NCBI GenBank assembly: GCA_012295275.1 | Contig: CM022672.1 | Location: 18,414,001 to 18,478,000 of the forward strand | Length of the DNA: 64,000 nt | Origin: Chrysomallon squamiferum | Taxonomy: Eukaryota > Animalia > Mollusca | Direction: 5' to 3' | Part shown: one piece after another, positions 56,269-64,000 of the stretch | How the letters are laid out: each line of letters starts with the position of its first letter | Numbering within the stretch: the first letter of the stretch is position 1 | Position numbers and translations under genes: made by a program | The notes under the pieces: model-generated | What the model was told of the DNA's origin: nothing | What the model saw: the letters and a program-made list of their open reading frames with translations, nothing else | Database searches by the model: none

Positions 56269-57777
56269 TTTTTTGTTTTGTTTTTTGTTAAATTTGTTTA
56301 CATGTTGAATTATGGTATCTTACACAGAAAGTAAGCAGTACATTTCTAATATTTATTTATTCATTTAGTTAGTTTGTTATTAAAAAATATAATTATATAG
56401 ATGTAAGCTAAGTGAATTATTCAGCATTACTTGACTGATGACGTCTGAGTATTCTATATTTTCAATTTATTATTACTATAGCATTAACGAAATGAAAAAT
56501 AATATAAGTATTTCAAACTTGAGAAAATGTAAACAACGATAAAACATAACAACTACAAACAACAACAACAGCAGCAGCAACTGCATCAACAGTTTCAGGA
56601 CACCAGTCAATATATATATATACATATACATGTTTCATAGAATGTAGATCGTAGGAGTTAAAATTGTTTCAATTATTTATAACTGTATTAACATTCTGAA
56701 GAACGCCAGAGGAACTTCCATGTCATCGTGTCTGAGTTCAGGCTGCTGTCTGGATACAACCAACTAACATCTTTCAGACCTGCATCAGCTCGCTTCTGTC
56801 CATCACACCAGTACTAACACTGTCCATGGTAATTTTTTTAAAGAAATGATAAATAAGAATGCGAGTGCAGTAATTATACTCGTAAACTGATAACTGATCA
56901 TTGAAGTTTTGTTTTCTTATTGTAAATTAATTAATATCTTACCTCGGATCATTCTCCTTATTCACTTCTATCCCTTTTACGTGACTGAATGTATGGAAAC
57001 ATTTAGTATTATTTCAATAGTATTTATAATTATATTTAAGATTTACAACAACAACAACAACAATAATGATAATAATTATAGTAGCACTAATGGTAGCAGT
57101 AGCAACAGTAGTAGTTGTAACAAAAAAGCAGCAGCAGCAACATTAACAATAACAATGATAGTAACAACTGTAATGATGATGATAATAATAATGATAATGA
57201 CTACTGAAATAACAAAAGCAATGAAATGACTATTATTATGATACCTTGACTGTGATGATGATGGTGAAGACGACAACAATAACTGTTATAGTGATAATGA
57301 AACAGAAACAGGCGTACGATACTTGGTCTCATCGCATGCCACGCAGTTGATGATGATAATAATAATAATGATGATTATTATGATGATTATAATGACTTAG
57401 ATGATGATAACTTCTTGATAGAGATATATCATCTCTGTAAGCAGCTTTCTGCAACTATAAACTCCCTGCGCAACTAACAATATCGGCTGAAGTCGCTGCG
57501 AGTTGAGTCAAATCTTGAATCACACAGGCTGAAAGTCACGTACAAAATGGTATGAAAGGCAATCAGTCATTTGCTAATAACGAACTTTTTCATTATTTGA
57601 TCATAGATCATCAACTTCAAGGTGATCTTGAAACATACAGAAAAAAAAAAAAAAAAAAAAAAAAGTGAATCGATTTTACGAGTCTGGGCCCATATGGAAT
57701 ATTTAGAATCACAGAGCACAAATTATTTTAGTGGTTATGTTTGTGTTAGAAAAACAGATGTATATGTTTGTGTGTGT

Positions 57778-57837
<60 letters not shown>

Positions 57838-58199
57838 GTTTGCAAATGTCTGTGTCTGTTGTTATCTTTTAATATTTACTTCTTATTCGGGCATCTAGTT
57901 AAATATATGTCAGGCTTACACGCGTTACACAAAACAGGGATTAATAATGTAAAGTATTAGTAGCACTTGTATAATTAGTAGTATAATTAGTAATAGTAGT
58001 AGTAGTACAGTTAGTAATGTTAGTACTATTAAAATTAGCACTAACAGGATTTATTAAAAAAGGATCGTATCGCACGTCTTTTGTCAGTCACGTTACACTG
58101 TATCATAAAAATCACAGCACATAAACATAACTAAATAAAAAAAGAGGGTATAATGTCATTCTCCTAGCCATTGTGTATCATGTTACCCAAAGCCAATAC

Positions 58200-58770
58200 A
58201 TACCCCAGTATACAACACCACAACAAACACAATATACCATACTGAACTATTGTTATGTTGTATCGTTTCATATTATACTACATAATATTGTATACAATCT
58301 ATGTCATATACACTATAATATTTCACTACACTACACTATAGTGTTTCACTACATTATATTATATAATATAACACTTCAGTACACTACATAATACAATATA
58401 ATATTTCACTACACTACATCATACACTATAATACTTCATTAAACTACATTATACAATATGGCACTTCATTACACTGCATTATGGAATAATTGTTTCACTA
58501 CATTATATAATACAACTCTTCACTACATCGGCTTTTACGATATAATCTTGCACCATACCACATCATATACTATAATATTTCAAAACATCACACATTACAT
58601 TATAATATTTCACTACTTCACATTATACAATATATACTGCACTGCAGGCAACAATATTTCACTGCATCACATAATACAGTGTAATACTGCACCCCATTAT
58701 ACAATGTAATACTTCAGTAGACCGCACTGTATAAATACAGCACCGCACCGCACAATATTACAATATAATA
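58200..58770. repeat. Degenerate actacattatacaatataatatttc-type minisatellite
   Basis: Recurring units of about 25 bp built from 5-mers (actac/attat/acaat). Confidence 0.65.
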
Positions 58771-58965
58771 CTGATCATATTTTCAATCCAACACATGAAA
58801 CCAGTCTACCACATAAAAGCTTATTTCGGGAAACCATACTAAATGCACATATAAATACTTAGCAAAGAAATTGAAAGTGAAAGAAAAAATAATAATAAAA
58901 GGAATAATAACAAATAATAATAAAAGAAATAATAATAAATAATAATAATAATAATAATAATAATA

Positions 58966-59301
58966 CAGGTACCGGACGAATTTCCGGACTCCTTGGGGCC
59001 TGAGGCATTCCGGATTTCTGGATTTTCCGGTTTTCTGGTACCAAGGCATCTAAATAGGTAAACAATTAGGCATAAACATTTTAAAATTAAAAACATAAAC
59101 AAAATTGATGATACACAATTGTGGCATCTCGACTTGTAAACAAAGCAGCGAGTGAATGAACGCCACGCAGCTTGAAAGAGTAGTTCCTCTGGTGAGGACA
59201 ACACCAGCGCGCGGCAAACTATGAAGATAGCGTTGGGGAAAAACTTCCGGTTTTCTGATCTGTCCAGATTTCAGGACGCCGGACAATTGGTCCGGTACCT
59301 G
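58966..59301. mobile_element. 336-bp MITE (non-autonomous Tc1/mariner-pogo/Tigger-like DNA transposon)
   Basis: TA|CAGGTACCGGAC...GTCCGGTACCTG|TA: a perfect 12-bp TIR extending imperfectly to about 28 bp, a TA target-site duplication, and internal ccgg(a/t)tttc sub-repeats. Confidence 0.85.
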
Positions 59302-59339
59302 TAATAATAAAACAATAACACACACACACACACACACAT

Positions 59340-59383
<44 letters not shown>

Positions 59384-60338
59384 TCACTGTTGTCCATAAT
59401 TGTATAATCCCAGCTATTTCATTAATTATCAGCTATTTTTAACGAGTGCAAAGTAATGTTTAATTTCCAGCTAATTGAAATTTGTTTCTCTCACGCAATC
59501 GATGCGTGCAGCACGCTACTCAAAATTAAAATCCGGTAAATAACATTTCATTTAGAACGTGGAACAAACGATCTAAATGTATCTACTCACTTTTTTGTCT
59601 AATGGTTTTTTAGTGGGATAATGTTTTTACGGCCAGTGATTATACTTCAGAAGATAACGCAACGTCAGCACACATTTACTGAGATGTCATCAGCTTGTCG
59701 TATGACGTGTTTTCCCGTTCCACCCACTGATTCTCATTTTGGATGTTAAGTTTAGGAATGTAAGTGAATTTAGTGCTGTTGTGTTAAAATGTTTAATATT
59801 TAAATGAAAAAAAAATTGAAAGAAAAGAAAAATAATTAGTAAAGGAAGAAAGAGAATAACAGCACGAAATAATGGAATTTTATATTAAAATAATATATTT
59901 ATTATTATCGTCATCACCATCATCATCGTTATCGTCATCATCATCATCACTGTTATCGTAATTATTATTATTATTATTATTACTGTAAATTTTCACATTT
60001 AGTGTTTTGGGGTTTTTTTGTTTTGTTTTTTATAATGAATTTTTTTTTTTCTTTAACGTTATATGTATGTGTGCGTTGTGTGTGTATAAATACATACATA
60101 CATACATACATACACACACACATACAAACACACAAACGCACATAAACACATACATGACAGCATAGTGATGTTTTATTTCAACAGGTACAGACGTCTTCAG
60201 TTAGACAAAACAACATGTAATAGTTCTGGATCAAGGCTGATTGTTCTTAATTATAAAAAGTTACTTGTGAAGAATTAAACTCTTGTGGTCTTATAGATAT
60301 CCAAAACTGAATTAATATTGCAAAAAAAAAAAAAAAAA

Positions 60339-60392
<54 letters not shown>

Positions 60393-61633
60393 AATAAATA
60401 AATAAAAAAAATAAAACCAATAAGTTGCATTTCCGTTCATAAGACTGATTTTAAAACCAATGAAAAAATTAGCAATTTGTTAATGCGTGGGATTTCTACT
60501 TGTTTATGGAGAAGTTCTTGTACTCTGGCGAAAGAGCGCCATTAAAGCGCTTGTTAACGTCCACAACGACACATCCTAAGTTGGGAAAAAATAAAATAAT
60601 AAACCGACAATTTCCGGACTGAGAAGTTTTGGTCTCGTGATTTCTAATTGAAGTCAGCCAACGTTAAAGTAATGTATTCAAATGTCGCCTTTAAAGTTTC
60701 TTAGAAATTGTTCGTGGATTTGAGACATCATGTTATGAAATCAAATAATAATTTTTTTTTTTTTCTTTTCTTTCTTTGTGTTGAATACGATTTTGCAGAA
60801 ATCAGTGTTGAAAAGGTAAAAAGAAGATGATGACAATAATAATTGCTTTTTTTCATCTTTTTTTTTTTTTTATCGATACATTATTAAATAATATTAATAA
60901 TAAAAAATAAAAATTATTAAACAAAAAATAATAAAAATAATAATAATAATAAAAAAAATAAAAATAAAAAAAAATATAAATAAATAAATAAATAAATATT
61001 AAATAAATATCGTAAAACATAAATAACTTATTGCCACCCATCTTGTTACAAATGGAAAATCGTATAGCAAACAACAGTGGTAATCAGATATTGCTGTTAA
61101 CTGTTATGATTCAATATTTCACAAGTCAACACTTGCTAAAATGATTAGGGTGAGAGCAATGAGCTCTTATAAAACAGCTGTTAAAACATAAGTGTACGGA
61201 GTAAACTGAAAATCTGTGTTTTAAGGACTGAAATCAAATCTAAATGAACAGAATAAGATACCCACATCAGTGCAAAACCAGTGTCCAATACGCTAAATCC
61301 ACTATGAGCCGAAATGGATGATATCGTGGATGTTTCTGAACACGAAACATTAACGTCATTACAGATATTTAACAAAGTTAAATTTAAAAGAATAGCAACA
61401 GTGCGAATGATAATTACTTGCTGTGGAATATCTGTAGTTTTCTGAAAAGTGCACTATAAGCATTTAAATATGAACGTCAACTTACTGATTTATTCATTAT
61501 GTAGAGCGGTTATGTGAAACAAGATATTTGTTTGATAGAGGTTTGTTCTAAAGAAATGTATGTATGTATGTATGAAAGGATGGATGGATGTATTTCTTTG
61601 TTTTTAGAAGAAAAAACAGTCCATCTATCACTG

Positions 61634-62431
61634 ATTAAAACACCTGACATATTTTCAGTACGGAATACCGTCCAAGACCACAAGTTACCGATTAAAACAC
61701 CTGACATATTTTCAGTACGAAATACCGTCCAAGACCACAAGTTACCGATTAAAACACCTGACATATTTTCAGTACGAAATACCGTCCAAGACCACAAGTT
61801 ACCGATTAAAACACGTGACATATTTTCAGTACGGAATACCGTCCAAGACCACAAGTTACCGATTAAAACACGTGACATATTTTCAGTACGGAATACCGTC
61901 CAAGACCACAAGTTACCGATTAAAACACGTGACATATTTTCTGTACGGAATACCGTCCAAGACCACAAGTTACCAATTAAAACACCTGACATATTTTCAG
62001 TACGAAATACCGTCCAAGACCACAAGTTACCGATTAAAACACCTGACATATTTTCAGTACGGAATACCGTCCAAGACCACAAGTTACCGATTAAAACACC
62101 TGACATATTTTCAGTACGAAATACCGTCCAAGACCACAAGTTACCGATTAAAACACCTGACATATTTTCAGTACGGAATACCGTCCAAGACCACAAGTTA
62201 CCGATTAAAACACCTGACATATTTTCAGTACGGAATACCGTCCAAGACCACAAGTTACCGATTAAATCACCTGACATATTTTCAGTACGGAATACCGTCC
62301 AAGACCACAAGTTACCGATTAAATCACCTGATATATTTTCAGTACGGAATATCGTCGAAGACCAGAGGGTAAATGATAACATCTGACATATTTTCAGTAC
62401 GGAATACCGTCTAAAACCACAAGTTACTGAT
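61634..62431. repeat. 57-bp minisatellite, 14 copies, highly homogeneous
   Basis: Unit attaaaacac(c/g)tgacatattttcagtacg(g/a)aataccgtccaagaccacaagttaccg starts every 57 bp from 61634; the last two copies are diverged. Confidence 0.97.
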
Positions 62432-63499
62432 TGAAAAGTCCATGACTATGCACTTTAGTTAGCAAAACGTTAAAGTACAGCAGTTATCAGCAAAAACGTA
62501 CTGAATCGGAAACACGTGTTATGAGACGCAAGGTGACGGATAACAACGTGTTAGTTTGATATCCTTCCGCGTTTGGAAATAACATCTGCTGCAGATAGAC
62601 ATTCCTTCGTGTCTCACGTGCGGCGTTAATCGGTTCACGTGACCGACGTTAACACATTTCGTGAAAAACAGGTGTTTGAACTTCGTGTTTTGAGATTCGT
62701 AAGTGTTAGTGCTATTTTCAATGGGGGTTCTTTTTCGAATATATATATTTTTAAAGGTTTTAGATATATAAGTTCTTTAAAGTTATCTCGCTGGTTCAAA
62801 TAAACCGGCAACTCCTAAGTCACCAAAACAACAGCAAAACACAAGAAACAACAATAAATCACAACATTATATATTATCATAGCTTTAAATGTTCTTGTAT
62901 TATAAAATAATTCTCTTTTCCACACACATCTGACTAAGGTATTATGCATAAAATGTGAACGAAGAACACACAGACAAGGAAAAAAAAAAAAAAAGAATAA
63001 AAAAAGAATGGAATAACGATAAGATATCTTTTTCATTAGCAGCAATATAAAATGTTTCGCTCACATCTTCAAATAAGCCATTATATTGTATAATGATTGC
63101 AGTGACGTTAAGTATTATACTGTATGAAATATTTGTTTTACAAATACCAGTGACCGAGTTAACCGCAAGAACCACATCCAGGCCAGTCTGAATACCAAGA
63201 CATTTTACTGCAGAAAATGATGGCCACCATGAATGTTAATATGTTAATAAAGTGAAAATGAAATCGATAAAATGTCTGAAAACCAGGAAGTGGTCACAAA
63301 CTAGACCATCAAATTCAGACAAAAACTTAACAGCGAGAGAAAAAAAAAATTAGAAAAAATGAAAAAGAAAAATCAATGACGACTCTTTTGCGGTGAGCTG
63401 TATTAGAATTTAGTTGACTTTCTACTCATTTTAGTTCCATCACAATTGTGTTGAGATCTAGTCAGTTGTTTTTATGTTTGTGTACGTTGTTGTGTGTGT

Positions 63500-63544
63500 T
63501 TATGCATATATGTATGTATATGTGTATGTATGTATGTATGTATG

Positions 63545-63581
<37 letters not shown>

Positions 63582-63745
63582 ATATATATATATATATGAA
63601 TGTATGTATGTATGTATGCATGTGTGTATGTATATGTATGTATGTATATATGTATGTCTATTGCATGTATGTATGTGCATATCTACAAATATATACATGT
63701 ATTTGTGTCTGTATATATGCATTTTTATATCTGTGTGTGTATATA
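63500..63745. repeat. (TATG)n/(TA)n low-complexity tract
   Basis: Seen directly. Confidence 0.85.
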
Positions 63746-64000
63746 CTGATATATTCAAATGTGCCAATCCTTTTTCGCAATACAGAAATAAATATTCAAC
63801 CACGGCACATACAACAATCTATCAACACAACTATATATCCTCTAAAACTTGCAGATCAGTGCATAATCATTTTCGATATGCGTGAGATCAAGGCTTGAAC
63901 ACAGTTACGTACGTGGCTGTAAAAACATCCCCTTTGTATCTCTGTACCACCACATCCACAATCTATTCTACGTGCGAGATCTAACGTCAGTTCACAGACT

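Noticed and set aside
56909-57279. ORFs with poly-N/S/A/M/I runs
   Set aside because: They come from mixed trinucleotide microsatellites and have no exon boundaries.
61510-62386. 290-aa repeat ORFs on both strands; superficial CRISPR resemblance
   Set aside because: This is a head-to-tail 57-bp tandem repeat with no unique spacers and no cas genes, in a eukaryotic context. The ORFs follow from the unit length being a multiple of 3.

Overview
AT-rich, microsatellite-dense animal genomic DNA; it looks molluscan, possibly gastropod, judging from the SINE style and the protein (inference). Almost all entries in the ORF track are simple-repeat artefacts. The one real gene I can support is a spliced + strand NDRG/Ndr-family alpha/beta-hydrolase-fold gene of the C. 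elegans ZK1073.1 / Drosophila CG2082 type. I reconstructed it by hand as 10 internal exons (7738-33672), all with GT-AG boundaries and consistent phases; the N-terminal exon(s) appear to lie upstream of the window. The gene ends in two paralogous, phase-compatible terminal coding exons (34760-34944 and 43200-43417). These encode diverged copies of the same RxRSMS phospho-tail, which points to a duplicated alternative last-exon system. A sharp switch from CpG-depleted to CpG-rich DNA at about 41 kb separates the two exons. Downstream are minisatellites (25 bp and 57 bp units), a TA-flanked MITE and several CpG-rich candidate regulatory islands. There are no prokaryotic features and no CRISPR array. 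All coordinates and counts were made by eye.
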